The position numbers and the translations under genes are program-made. The notes beneath the pieces are model-generated. The model saw only the letters and a list, made by a program, of their open reading frames with translations, was not told the DNA's origin and did no database searches. 64,000 bases of DNA from the human T2T-CHM13v2.0 reference genome, Homo sapiens. This document shows, piece after piece, positions 1 to 14,629 of this stretch (positions are counted from its first letter, which is position 1; each line of letters opens with the position of its first letter). Location of the stretch: the NCBI RefSeq assembly GCF_009914755.1, contig NC_060938.1; one strand, written 5' to 3'.

Positions 1-61
1 TAAATTTCAAACAAGAACTGGATACTCAGTAGAACTATCATTAAAAAGAAATATATAAAAA

Positions 62-1656
62 TATTTTTTTCCCAACATTTATTTTAAGTTCAGGGGGTAC
101 ACATGCAGGTTTGTTACATGGGTAAATAGTGTGTCACTCGGCTTTGGTGTACAAATGATTTTGTCACCCAAGTAGTAACCATAGTACCCAATAGGTAGTT
201 TTTCTATCCTCTTCTATCCTCTTCCTCCTCCCACCCTCCACCCTCAAGTAGGCTCCAGTGTCTATTGTTTCCCTCTTTGTGTCCATGTACACTCAATGTT
301 TAGCTCCTACTTATAAGTATGAACATGTGGTATTTGGTTTTCTGTTCCTGCATAAATTTGCTTAGAATAATGGCCTCCAGCTGCCTCCATGTTGCTGCAA
401 AGCACTTGATTTTGTTCTTTGTTATGGTTGTACAGTATTCCATGGTGTGTATATGAGTACCACATTTTCTTTATCCAGTCCACCACTGATGTGCATCTAG
501 GTTGATTCCATGTCATTGCTATTAAGAAAAGTGCTGCAATAAGCCTACATGTGAATGTGTCTTTATGGTAGAATGCTTTATATTCCTTTGGGTATATACT
601 CAGTAATAGGACTGCTGGGTCAAATAGTAGTTATGTTTTAAGTTATTTGAGAAATCTCCAAACTGCTTTCCACAGTGGCTGAGCTAATTTACATTCCAGC
701 CTGCAGTGTATAAGCATTCCTTTTTCTCCTCAACATCGCCAACATCTGTTACTTTTTTTGTTTTTTTAATAATACCCATTCTGACTTATGTGAGGTGGTA
801 TCTCTTTGTGGTTTTGATTTACATTTCTACAATGATTAGTGATGTTGAGCATTTCTTCTTATACTTGTTGATATGGTGTGTATGTCTTGTTTTGAGAAGT
901 GTCTGTTCATGTCCTTTGCCCATATTGAATGGGGTCGTTTGTTTTTTTTTTTTTCTTGTTGATTTAAGTTCCTGATGGATTCTGGATACTAGACTTTGTC
1001 AGATGCATAGTTTGCATATGTTTCTTCCCATTCTTTAGGTTGTCTTTTTATTCTGTTGAAAGTTTATTTTTCTGTGCAAAAGCTCTTTCATTTTATTAGG
1101 TCCTACTTGTGAATTTTTGTTTTTGTTGCAATTGCTTTTGGAATCTTTGTTGTGAAATCTTTGCAAGGCCAATGTCCACAATGGCATTTCCTAGATTTTC
1201 ATTAAGAGTTTTTATAGTTTTATCTTTTACATTTAATTCTTTAATCCATCTTGAGTTGATTTTTTTATATGGTTTAAGGAAGTGGTTCAGTTTCAATCTT
1301 CTGCATATGGCCAGCCAGTTATAGCAGTACCACTCATCAAATAGGAGTTCTTCCCCCCTTGCTTGTTACCGTCAATTTTGTGGAAGATCAGATGGTTGTA
1401 GGTGTGTGGTTTTATTTCTGGGTTCTCTAACCTGTTCCATAGTGCCACATTGTTTTGGTTACTGTGGCTGTATAGCATGGTTTGAAGTCAGGTAGCATGA
1501 TGCCTCTGGCTTTGTTCTTTTTCCTTGGAATTACTGCGGCTATTTGGGCTCTTTTTTGTTTGCATATGAATTTCAGAATGGAATTTTCTAATTATGTGAA
1601 AAATGATGTTGGTATTTTGATAGGGATAGCATTGAACCTGTAAACTGCTTTGAGCA
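62..1656 (-). mobile_element. 5'-truncated LINE-1 (old L1PA13-16-like), 3' UTR plus end of ORF2
   Basis: T-rich tail at 62-70, then antisense L1 3'UTR. Minus-strand ORFs give decayed ORF2 C-terminus ([39 protein letters not shown]). Confidence 0.93.
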
Positions 1657-3469
1657 AAAGATATTTTCGAATAGCTCAAAACTGAGAAAATTATGACCAA
1701 CAGAATGTTCTAAAGACATTTTTAAAAGGTATTTGCAGGCAGATAGAAAAATTTTTGGGAAAGAAAATCTGAGAAAATGTGAACATCGGCATTATCCCAG
1801 CAGTTTCCCTCACATGATTTCACTGTTTTCACAGCAGATGCATAACATAGGTGCCATTCTTCTCACTTGAAGGCAAGGATTGGAGTGAATTGACCAGTGC
1901 AAGCCAGATCAAAAGTAACAATAGCGCTTTTCCAACACACCTCACCACGTGCCACTGGCATCTGCATTTGGCCGTGACTTAGCCCTAGTAAACAGTTTGC
2001 AGCTCTCATTCGTGCCCTGTTTTGGAAAGGGTTCTAATTCTAATTTTCCACTCGTGTAGGGGACTGGGAGTATTTGCATCATGTAACCTTGAAAAACACA
2101 CACACAAAGCCTGGAGAACTCCAAAGTCATTCTCCCTTTGTGACAATGACAGGTGCTTTGAAATATTTGTTTTACTTCAGAAGTTAGGTGTTGAGGAAAA
2201 GGGCTTTCCATGTTCCACAGGATTAGTGCTGATCAAGAAAATGGATTTGTAAGACGAGGCATTGAAAAGCAGGTAGATTAAAAATAAACAAACAACAAAA
2301 ATAATAAGCTAGAGTAAAGTAAGTACCTTGTAAAGCCTGTTTCTCAATGTAGAGTTTGACCAGAATCATTCTGTCACTGCTATGAAAATAAATTTCTGCC
2401 CCTGATCTGTCACTTTCTACCTTGCCACTTGAAGACCCAAATGCTATCAGATATGGACATTTCTCCATAGCTGCATTTTAACAGCCTCAGAATTTTTAGT
2501 TTGATTAACACATTGATAAGACATATATTTTAGTTAATACAAGGGTGCCTGTGGGATTTTGGGGGAAAAAATTCCAAAAATGAGGCCACACTGGAAATAT
2601 TAAATACAGATATAGCAGTAAAACATTCAGCTAAAATAGCAATAAAATGGACCTCCAATGAGCCCCTTGAGGAATTAAAAAGAGCAGCTTCATTCCGTGG
2701 GTGTGTTCAGACAGAAATAAATCAACTTGGCTCTGCCAAGTAGAAATAGGACCCCGGTATATCTTTATTTAAGATATGTAGGTTGCCAAGCCAGGAGAGT
2801 GTGGAGGAGAAATACATATTGTTTTTGAAACTAAAACATGAATATGGTTGTAATTTTAATGTTTCTTGCTGCAAAAAGGTCATCTTTGGCGAGGTCGGGG
2901 CTTTCTTAAGGTCATTTCCCATTGAGATATCTGCCTTCCCTTGACATTTCATCTAACGGAGGCCCAACTCTTCTGACATACGAAATGGGTTCTTTGCACA
3001 CCCCATGGCTATTTCTATCAACATTTGTGATTCGTACACAGAGCGGAATATGCACTGATCATAGACAAATCTCCAGTCCCTCGGAGGCTGTAGATGAAGT
3101 TCAGGGAACAAGAGAAAGTTTTTTTTTTATTATTATTATTTAAAGGGATAGAGACCATATTTCTAAAATAAGAGTCTAGCATTAAATCCCTGAGTGGGGG
3201 AAGGGGATACAAAGAGATTGTGAATATAAGAAGTATTTGGTTTGTTGTTAATCCTTCACCACAAAAACCCTTCACACAAAAAGTATACTTTAAGGAGAGA
3301 GATATTTAATTCATTCCAAAATACTAGCAGGTCACCTCTACTCTCAGGAAAAGCAGAGCAGATTTATAATTTTATAATAATTTTAAAATTAGATTACCTG
3401 AAGCTGCACTCTAGTAAAATACATTATGAGCACCTACCTCAATCAAACTTCCCTTGGGTAGATGTTTTA

Positions 3470-3590
3470 AATGGCATGAAACCTGGATCTGAAAGAAGAC
3501 CTTGTAAACCTGCCTCTGTCACTTTTCATCTGTGTGACCACGGTCTAGCCATTTGTCCTCTCTGAGCGTTGTTGGAATGTAGTGACAGTA
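3470..3590 (+). mobile_element. MIR fragment
   Basis: Degenerate MIR core 'cctgcctctgtcacttttcatctgtgtgacc...ctctctgagc'. Confidence 0.5.
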
Positions 3591-3861
3591 ATATATAATT
3601 CTAGAACATGGATCACACTTGTCTGAGAGACATTTGCAGAATAGCCTAAATTGGAAGAATCATTATCATTGTCTTTCATCACTGATGACTGTGATGTTTA
3701 TTTTAACAGCTATGTACAACAGAGCTAGATTTCCTAAGTCATTGAGGGGCTATTAATCTATATGGAACTTCATCTAAAAATTGCAAGAAATCATTTTTTT
3801 CTTGAGATATATGTCTATTTATATTATCCAGTTGCTTTTTATTAATTTACTTGATATAATC

Positions 3862-4542
3862 TTTTTTTAAAATTATACTTTAGGTTCTGGGATATACTTT
3901 AGGTTCTGGGATATATGTGCAGAATGTGCAGGTTTGTTACCTAGGTATACTTGTGCCACGTTGGTTTGCTGCACCCATCAACCCGTCATCTACATTAGGT
4001 ATTTCTCCTAATGCTATCCTTCCCCTTGCCCTCCACCCCCCGACAGGCCCCAGTGTGTGATGTTCCCCTCCCTGTGCCAATATGTTCTCATTGTTCAGCT
4101 CCCACTTATGAGTGAGAACATGTGGTGTTTGGTTTTCTGTTCCTGTGTTAGTTTGCTGGGAATTATGGTTTCTAGCTCCATCCATGTCCCTGCAAAGGGC
4201 ATGAACTCATTCTTTTTGTATGGCTGCATAGTATTCCGTGGTGTATATGTGCCACATTTTCTTTTTCCAGTCTATCATGGATGCACATTTGGGTTGGTTC
4301 CAAGTCTTTGCTATTGTGAATAGTGCTGCTATAAACATATATGTGTGTGTGTCTTTATAGTAGAATGATCTGTAAACCTTTGTGTATATACTCATAATAG
4401 CGTTGCTGGGGCCAAATGGTATTTCTAGTTCTAGATCCTTGAGGAATCACCACACTGTCTTCCAGAATGGTTAAACTAATTTACACTCCCACCAACAGTG
4501 TAAAAGTGTTCCTATTTATCTACATCTTCTCCAGAATCTGTT
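3862..4542 (-). mobile_element. L1PA7/8-like element, 3' (non-inverted) segment
   Basis: Poly-T then antisense L1PA 3'UTR (ggtttgctgcacccatcaacccgtcatctacattagg). ORF 4207-4395 is the ORF2 C-terminus (FIAALFTIAKTWNQPKC). Confidence 0.95.
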
Positions 4543-5963
<1,421 letters not shown>

Positions 5964-5977
5964 TCTATTCTTTAGAA

Positions 5978-6480
5978 CAGAGCTGCCCAGATAAATATAA
6001 TGCAAGCCACATATATAATTTTACATTTTCTAGTAGGCACATTACAAAAAATAAAAACAAATTAATTTGAGACAGAAATTTGATGTATCGCAATATATCA
6101 AAAATATTATAATTTGAATATGAAATAAAGATAAAAATAAATAACCATTTTTATAATTATAATTATTTGGAGACAGGGTTTTGCTCTCTCACCCAGACTG
6201 GAGTGCAGTGATGTGATCATGGCCCACCACAGTCTTAATCTCCTAGGCTCAAGCAATCCTCTTGCCTCAGCCTCCTGAGTAGCTAGGACTACAGGTGTGC
6301 ACCACCACACTGGGCTAATAAAAATTATTTATGGGATATTTTACATTATTTTTCATACTGCATGATTGAAATTTAGTGTATATTTTTATACTTGTAATCA
6401 TATCTCAATTCAGACTAGCCACACTTCAAATGCTCAACAGCCACATGTGGCTTCCATGACAACTGTGTGGAAGAGTGCAG
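5978..6480 (+). mobile_element. MER33 hAT-Charlie MITE (interrupted by an Alu monomer)
   Basis: Matches the recalled MER33 body ('ataatgcaagccacat...ttttctagtag', 'gactagccacacttcaaatgctcaacagccacatgtggct'). 8-bp TSD ctttagaa (5970-5977) / ccttagaa (6481-6488). Confidence 0.85.
6150..6320 (-). mobile_element. Alu right-arm monomer (FRAM or truncated AluJ)
   Basis: 'gagacagggttttgctct...ggagtgcagtg...ggctcaagcaatcctc...gggctaat'; single arm only. Confidence 0.85.
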
Positions 6481-6892
6481 CCTTAGAATAAAGGGGTTGA
6501 GAAGCAAACTACTCCATGCTTGTCCTAGCTTAGAGGAGTGGAAAATGAGACACGGAAGGAGGAAGTGACTTGACCAGGGTTATGTATTATAGTCATTTAA
6601 ATGGTGGACCCCAAGAAGGGGGCTTTTTAAAAGTAAATACAGAACAAGACTTGATTGTTAGAAAGTTGACAACTTATATTAAAAAAAAAAAAAAAGTACC
6701 CAAAATGGAGCCAAGCCCATTTCCTACCTTTTTTCAATATTGTTCTTTTGGACCTGGTAAATTCTTAAATGAGAGTAGGAAAAATGCCGTTGTTTTCTTA
6801 CCTCCCACGTTAGCATTCTTTGTTGTTGGAACATTTCACTAAGTGGATCATCTAACCCCATCTACTGGGACTTAGGGATTTGGGGGGTCACC

Positions 6893-6935
<43 letters not shown>
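6893..6935. repeat. (TG)n microsatellite
   Basis: About 21 TG units, directly visible. Confidence 0.98.
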
Positions 6936-6936
<1 letters not shown>

Positions 6937-7579
6937 CGGGATGAACAGTTGCTTTGGAGAAAAAAATCAGCGTACCAAGAAGCAGGGAAAGTGTGACTGC
7001 ATGGTTTCAGGAAGGTGGGATGACTTGTTTAAGAACCCACCCTCCGTACACCTGACCTCATGCATTGGGATCTGCGTCCCTCTCACAGCGCTGGCTGTTC
7101 TGCCCGATATTCAGGAGGAAGCAAAGGCACATGGCAGCTGTCCAGACAGTGGGGAACCCAGGTGCTGTCCTTCTGGAAAGCATCCAGGTGCCCCCAGGGT
7201 TAGAAAGAGGGGAATATCCAGGTGTAACTGCAGGTTTGCTTCTTGTTACTGCCTCCCACCCTGTGCCCTCCTGCTTACATGCAAACCATCTTGGGCAAGC
7301 CTGGCAACCATACCTTCATTTTCTGCCACGTGAAAAGGCCAGAGGCTGCCAGGGGAAGCCATAAAGTGTTTTTGTTCATTCATTTGGAAAGATTAGGAAA
7401 TAGGGCAAGAGAGTTGTACATTTCTCCTGGAGGACCTCCCAACATTGTGCTCTGAAGACAGGCCTTGCCTTTCCTGACTCATAAACTAGAATGATCTACC
7501 TTTCCATACAGTGAGGCATAATGGGATGCAGACAGCTCTGCAGGCACCATCACAGATAGCATGTTCCATTTCTAGCTCC

Positions 7580-10170
7580 TTCTCATTTCATTTCTTCATT
7601 CATCCATTAACGTCTCTGCCTTTGGGGAGTTCATTACCTAATGAAGGAGGGTGATGCATCAATCAATAACTTCAGCTTAGAATGACACTGGCAGTGAGTG
7701 CATGTCAATGGCAAAGATGTGCATGGTGGAAGAAGCCTCTATAAAGACGGGATCTGAGCAGCTCCGAGTCTTAGGAAGAGCTTCCTTGCAGAAGAAAAGA
7801 AGGAACTGGAGTCAATAGGATGGACAGGATTAATTAGGTTGTGGGAGTGAAAGGGCAGAGCTCAGCACAGCTCTCTCCTGGTGGGAGAGTAGATTGTACC
7901 TTTAAGGAATGGAAAAAGGGAATGAAACATTTGAAAAAGGTGATTCCTGAATTCTTTGACTCTCCTTTCCTTTCATCAAGGGGAGGAGTTTATGTCCTTT
8001 GAAATGACGTAGACTTTTGTGACTGCCTCAGTGAACAGATTATGACAGAACAATGCTTTGTAACTTCCCAGGTTCAGTCATGCAAAGCTAGACAGTTTCT
8101 GGCAGGTTCTCATTGAACACTCGCTTCTGAAAGACTGCTACTTGCTCCCTTTGAGGTCCCAGCCCTGGTCAACAGTCCCAGCTGAGCCTGTATTTAGCCA
8201 TTTCAGCTCAGACTCCAGGCTTGTGAAGAAAGATGCCATCTTGTAGGTGGACCCTCCAGTCCAAGCTCATGTAAGACCCAATACCTGGTCTCAGACATCC
8301 AGAGCAGAGTAGAGGCAAGGACAACCATTCCCACCGGGCTTTTTGTCTAAATTTTTTACCCACAGGATTTCTGATCAAATAAGATTGTTGCTGTGTGGCC
8401 CTTCTAAGTGTGGGGCTCTTTGTTTCATGCTAACAGAGAAGTGGAACAAGTCATGTAGGCAGAGTGCAAACTATAACGACCAGGCACACTGTGAAATGAG
8501 GTTGGAGAGATATCTGCTTTGGAACTTGCTGGTTTTGAGAACCATAATGAGGACTTCGGTCACTATCCCTAGGGAAATGGGAAGCTAGTGAGAGGTTTTG
8601 ACCTAGGAAAAACAAAACCAGATTTGTGTTTTGAAAGATCATATGGGCTTCAGTGTGGACAATGCTGGATTGAAAAGGGCCTGGGCTAGGTTTGGAATCT
8701 AGCTTCAGATGTCATTGACTTGTCTAGGTGAGAGACAGTGGCATCTTGAACTAAGAGGGTGGAAGTGGACCTTGGTATAAGTGAAAAGAGTAGAGAGATC
8801 CTTAGAAGGTAAAGTTTCCTTGTGTTGACCATGGCTTGATGAAGAGGATGTGTCTCTGGGAGAGGTCTCCTTGGCTCCTAAGAGGAGAGTTATACTGCTT
8901 TTTGATGGTGATATCATTTATTCAGACAGAGGAGTGATGAAGACAAAGAATTTGGCTTTCGACATTTTAAATTAACCCTCGGCATTCAAAGTAGAGATAA
9001 TGAGTAGGTATTTACATGTAAGGGTCTACAACTCAGAGGAAGAAGCTCAACTCGGTCCATCAGTTGAGAGTCATCAGCCTAGAAATGACCACAAAAGCCA
9101 CAGATTTGAATGAATTGGCCTAGGGAAGAAGTTCAAAATAAAACTGTGGAGTTCAAGATGAAGAAACTCCAGCATTCAAAAGGCAGTAATGGAGGATAGG
9201 CTGAGAAGAAAAATCTTAGAGATGGAGGAGTGTTCCTGTGTTCTGGAAGCTTGGGAAAGATCATGAAGAGAATGAAGATCATTAACAGAATGAGCATGAA
9301 AGATCATGAAGATCACTAAGAGAATGGCCCAAGCGAGAACTCATCAAGACGGCAGATGTGAGCAGAAGGCAGATAAGTAGGAGAAAAAACAAATGTTGGG
9401 AACTGTAGGGAAAAAAAAGAGACTTTTTCTAGGAGCTGTCTGCAAAAAGGGATGCTCAAGATAAGGTGCTCATTAATGAGGAGTTGAGAACAATGATTTT
9501 TTTATCTCTAAAAATGGGAAGATCATGCGTAAGTTATCTAAAATCATTGTGAAAGATCTCATTAAATGTGCTGGAGACAGACAAGAAATAATTGAGATTT
9601 TAAGATTCTTGATCAAGCAGGGAAGTCTGTCTTAGAATAAGGGGTGAGGGATAACCTCAAATGAGAGAGGGGACTGCCTGCTTGAAGTTACTGGGACAGA
9701 AGAAGAGGATGTAGGTTAGTTGAAGGTGTGATATTCACAAGAAGTTGAGGGAATTCTCATCCTATTGTTTCAAATTTCTCTAAGAAATAAAAAGTTTTGT
9801 CATCTCCTATGTGTCATGGGAGTGATTGCAGAGATTTGAGAGAAGTGCTAAGGGTTTAAAATATCTGTTTTGAAAATGGGAGGGACCTTGATGGAACAAG
9901 AAAAGCCAGGAGGGCTTCCGGTGGTGGTGATCCTGCCTTTGAGGCTGAACATTAATGCATTCTGCCTTGCTCGGTTATCTCTTTCAGCAGCACTTGCTCC
10001 TTGAATGAAGATGAATGAGTCAGAGAGTTCATTTGGAATTTGAGTTTACCAAGATATGAAAGGCAAAGGGTAAGGGATTTCAGGGTCCTGGCAAAAATAT
10101 TCCTGCAGCAATCTAGACTGTGCTAGGAGGAAACATGGGTAGTTAATGGATTAGGGGAAATTCCAGGGCT
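7580..10170 (-). mobile_element. Long decayed L2 (LINE-2), split by an MLT1 LTR
   Basis: Starts with a 'ttcattcatccatt' L2 tail. Purine-rich antisense L2 motifs follow, e.g. 'gagagtcatcagcctagaaatg...aaagccac...tgaattggcctaggga'. Confidence 0.65.
7930..8448 (+). mobile_element. MLT1 (H/I-like) MaLR solo LTR
   Basis: 'catcaaggggaggagtttatgtcc...gtgactgcc'; 3' end 'ctaagtgtggggctctttgtttcatgc...ggaaca'. Confidence 0.7.
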
Positions 10171-10289
10171 TTAGCTGACATTATTGAACTGCTGGGTTTA
10201 GTTGACATTATTGAACTGCTGAGTCAATGTTGCTCCAAGACACCAACATTGACCAAGAATCTATGACCTATGCAGCTCAGTTACATGCT

Positions 10290-10530
10290 TTAGTACCTCA
10301 TAGTGGTTATGAGATTAGACTCTTGCATCACACTGTCTAGAGCTAAATCTCAGTTTCTCCACCAAAGAGACAGTGAGCTTGGGCACATCACTCAACCTTG
10401 CAGGGAAGCTACTCTCCCTCTTTAAGACCGAGATGGTGGTTATTGCAGAACCTACATCATGAGCTTGTCATACATGAGTTAATATGCACAAAGTACTTCA
10501 ACAATGCAGACACATATAAACAATGCATAT
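10290..10530 (+). mobile_element. MIR
   Basis: 'tagtggttatgag...cttgggcacatcactcaacctt...gagttaatatgcacaaagtactt'. Confidence 0.75.
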
Positions 10531-10544
10531 TTAATAGCATTGCT

Positions 10545-10655
10545 TTCGATGCTTACCCAAAACCTTGAGGCAGCTATTATTGCTTCTATTTCATACTTGA
10601 AAGAAACTGAGGCTCAGGGAAGGTTAGGAGTTTGCCCCAGATCCCAAATAACTAA
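10545..10655 (-). mobile_element. MIR fragment
   Basis: 'gaaactgaggctcagggaaggttaggagtttgcccc' antisense MIR core. Confidence 0.75.
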
Positions 10656-11015
10656 GGTATAAGATCTGCTTAGCCACAATAATGCTTAAAGCTCATATAG
10701 TGCTAAGCTTGTTTAACATTTATTGTCCTTAGTGGCTGGAAGAATTGGGATCTAGAGAGAGCTGGTTTAACTTCTTCTTTTTTTTTCTTTTTTTTTTTTT
10801 TTGGCTAGTGTCTTCGTTTTATTTCCAAAAAAGCAACAGCAACAGTCCTTAGAAGAAAAGTGAAAAAGTGACTAAGGCTGGTGAGCATTGATTTGTCCCA
10901 TGCAATGAATATCTGGGAAATAACTCTGGGTGGCCCTGAAGTGTGACCCAGGCCACTCATTACTTAAGCGTTCTTCTAATGCTTTTCCTCTCTGATGTAA
11001 ACTTTTAAAGAAAGA

Positions 11016-11582
11016 ACTTTATTTTTCCATACGTTATTGGGGTATAGGTGGTATTTTGTTACATGAGTAAGTTCTTTAGTGGAGATTTGTGAGAACCTGA
11101 TGCACCCATCACCTGAGCAGTATACACTGCACCATATTTGTTGTCTTTTATCCCTTGCCCCTTTCCCACTATTCCCCCCAAGTCCCCAAAGTCCATTGTT
11201 ATCATTCTCACCCTTTTGCATCCTCATAGCTTAGCTCCCATATATCAGTGAGAACATACAATGTTTGGCTTTCAATTCCTAAGTTACTTAACTTAGAATA
11301 ATAGTCTCTAATCTCACCCAGGTCATCGCAAAAATGCTGTTAATTCATTCTGTTTTTATGGCTGAATAGTATTCAATCATATGCGTGAATATATATATAT
11401 GCACACATGTATATGTCAGAGTTTCTTTATCCACTCATTGATTGATGGGCATTTGGGTTGGTTCCAAAATTTTGCTATTGTGAATTGTGCTGCTATAAAC
11501 ATGTGTGTGCAAGTATCTTTTTAGAATAATGACTTCTTTTTCTCTGGGTAGATACCCAGTAGTGGGATTGCTGGATCAAATG
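11016..11582 (-). mobile_element. L1PB1-like 3' end
   Basis: 'ttacatgagtaagttctttagtggagatttgtgaga..tgcacccatcacctgagcagtatacac'; ends 'gggattgctggatcaaatg'. Confidence 0.9.
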
Positions 11583-13194
11583 ATATGCACCTTGCACTAT
11601 TCCAAGATGCCTCCTGGAAAGTGTCTTGGACCATTTTCCCACCTGCACCATGTGGGTTATTTACTAGGTACATCTACTTCACAGGTGTGTTATAAATATG
11701 ATATGGAACATGAAAGTTCAACTGTAGAGCAGTCTCTGTTCTCTGACTTTCTCCCTTACTTTCTTGTTACTTCTCATTTCCTTCCATTTCCAAAGGTACG
11801 ATAGACTACAGTATTCCCCAGCCCATGGACACAATTGCTTTACTCCTGAAGGGCCTAAGAGGGCTGTAAATGAAATTGGGATTCCAACAAAACAGATTCC
11901 ATCTACTGGCAGCATCTTTGGTCCCTTAACAAGCCTCAAACACAGACAGTAGATCTTCTACCTCTTTGTCATCAAGATAAAGCCAATTAGGGGTATAAAA
12001 ACACAAAGTAATACAAATAATAGACTCTTTATCAAGAGATTTGGGATTGGACCAATCTTGGACATATAGCATAACTATATCAACTGTAACTGTCACGGTA
12101 GCAATATCTCTTACAGACTCAGAGGCCAGTTCCAATTGGTTTACAAAGAGGGTGGAGAGAGGAACTATACAGAGTAGGGGTAGAGAAGTTATGCATCCAC
12201 CAAAGACAGCTTTCCCATTTCTTTCTTCTCACATCCATGCCATGTGGCTATTTGATGACAGAACTTTTTATCTATGGTATCTCCCCTCTCTGATGCCTTC
12301 CCACAAATATGGCAGGGCTGGGACCTTACCTGTTGGAGACAGAGTACTTGATCTGGGCATGCTATGTTTGTAACCCTATCTGGGTCCAGAGAAGTCCCCC
12401 TGTGGAATGTATTATTGAACGCATAAGTTAAATTACTGCCAGGGGCTCCGGTCACTCACAGACAAATCCCCAACACTTTAGTGTGGCCTTTTCCATAGAA
12501 AGGAGAGATAAATAATGATTAAAAAGGAAAAGTCAAAAAATAGTAGCATGAGCATATCATTTAAAAATATGAAGAAATAAACAAATAAATGAGATACAAG
12601 TGATAGGCTCTGAGAAGCAGGATTTGGAAGAGAACAGGATTAGGGTGGGAGATTACACACTATTTGACTCATTAAACTACATACATAGACTATTTTGATA
12701 AGAATTAAAAAGTTAAAAATATTATTTCAATGTTTCTATTCTGTGAGATAGGGAAGGCGATAATAAAGACTTTTGATAACTGTCAATCTTTAAGAAAAGC
12801 GAAAAGCAATCTTTCAATTAGTACTTTGATGTAGCGTGTGTTTCTGAGTTATTACTTATATTTTTATTTCATCAGGAATATTCTATAATTAGAAAGAAAA
12901 TAAGAGAGAGATGATAATCCAATATATACAGTAAAAGAATATTTACAAAATTATGAGACTACCAAGGTCCAAGAGCAGTCTAACCATAATGCCATTTAAA
13001 ATTCGCATATTTGTAAAAGCTTTTTTAATGTCTATTACTTTACCTGAAGTAATAGGTAGGGGATTAGAGCTTGCTATATACATCTTAGTGATAAAGATGC
13101 TAGGTTTATATACATTGGTTTTCCCATGGTTTAATAGTCTCAACCAGGTGGAGCCTAATCTAGAATACAGGTAGTTTCTCTCTTCCCTCTTTTT

Positions 13195-13543
13195 GCAATG
13201 CTTTGTCCAGGATCCTGGAAAAGCTAAGTTATGCTGCAATAACAAATAGCCCCCACAGCTCCATGAATTCAAGCAACAAGTATGTGTTTACAGTGCCTGC
13301 TACGTGTCCATCCTATATCACTAGAGACTGTTTCATATAGTAGTGGTTCTACCCATCCAGATAGACTGAATCACCATTATTTGGAACATTGCCAGGCATC
13401 ACCCCAGGGTGAGAAAAATCTCTGAAGCCTGTTACCTGGAAGTGTACCCAAAACATCTGCTCAAACTCATTGAAAACTATGAGACTTCATATGCCCACAA
13501 AGGAAAGATAGGAATGTTTAAAGAAAAGGTCTAATGACTACCA
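13195..13543 (-). mobile_element. MLT1K-like MaLR LTR
   Basis: 'gttatgctgcaataacaaa...ggaacattgcc...ggaagtg...ctgctcaaactcattg...taatgactacca'. Confidence 0.7.
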
Positions 13544-14629
13544 AGCCTTCATGTTCACGGGTGATTGAAACCACTCCTCCTTAATAGTAAGACAATTTTT
13601 CGCCACAGTTAGCTAGGACAAACTTTTTTCTCATGGCCTGCACCTCATCATCCCTCCAACAATAATAACTACTGGGGCAGCAGAGGGAGAGGGGTTGGGA
13701 ATTGAGGAGAAATAATTCAAATGATGCATGTTGGAGGGCACCATGTACAATATAATTCAGTTGTGCTAGTATCACTTTGTTTGCTGCACCAAGTTGTGAA
13801 TGAGATAGTCCTTTCCTAGAGATCCTACCCTAAGTTGGTATAATGACCTGAGCAAGTATTTTTAAGGTAAATAATGACAATAATGATGATAAGTGTGAAA
13901 AGTGGTTTATTTCATTTTTCCTAAAGTCAATGTCGATGAGAAGGAAGAAGAGGTTTCCACATAAGCAAAAAATTAGAGGAAGCGAGGTGAGGTACTCAGG
14001 GCTGGAATGCAGAGACTTGAGGACATGGTCATTTCTCTTTTGATTGAAGATGAGGCAGGAAATGGGGGTGAGAGTGTTTATACTGCTTCCTCGTAACAGT
14101 AAAGAAAGATAAAAATAAATATATATACATGCATTACTGGAAGCGGTGAGCAGAATACTCTAATGAAGACAAACTGATTGCCCATGAAGAATAAGAGTCC
14201 TCTTATGTTTGCATTTATTTTCTACTAAAATAGACTGGATTTTGATCATCTAGAAAGGCATAGAGCAGGCAGAATTATGTGTAAAAACTGCCTGCATTTA
14301 GGAACTTGATTAATGGATCTCTAAGTCTTAAAAACAAAACCCTAAGGTCTTGTAGTGTTGAGAAGAGGAGTTTTAAGTCATAGTGACTCAGATGCCTCTA
14401 TCTCTCCTTCCTGTACATCTCTGTTTAGTGGGTGGTTTTGAAACATAAAGTAGTCAGTATATGAAAGACATCTGATATATCTTCTCGCTTGTCAAACGTC
14501 AAAACACAGCAGTAAGTTATTCCGTTTTTCTTTGTTCTCCTAAAGTAACTTGGTCTGAGTCACACATTCAAGGAAAATCACTACTTGCTCTGGCTTTGTC
14601 CAGGACAAGCCCTTATTAGTAAATTGAAA

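Noticed and set aside
11583-12500. Unique sequence directly abutting the truncated L1PB, with several overlapping 60-110 aa ORFs; considered as an L1 chimera, retrocopy or endogenous viral fragment
   Set aside because: No recognisable protein motif in any frame, no TSD enclosing both parts, and ORF lengths are within chance. A tBLASTx/BLASTn hit to a viral or mRNA sequence would reopen it.
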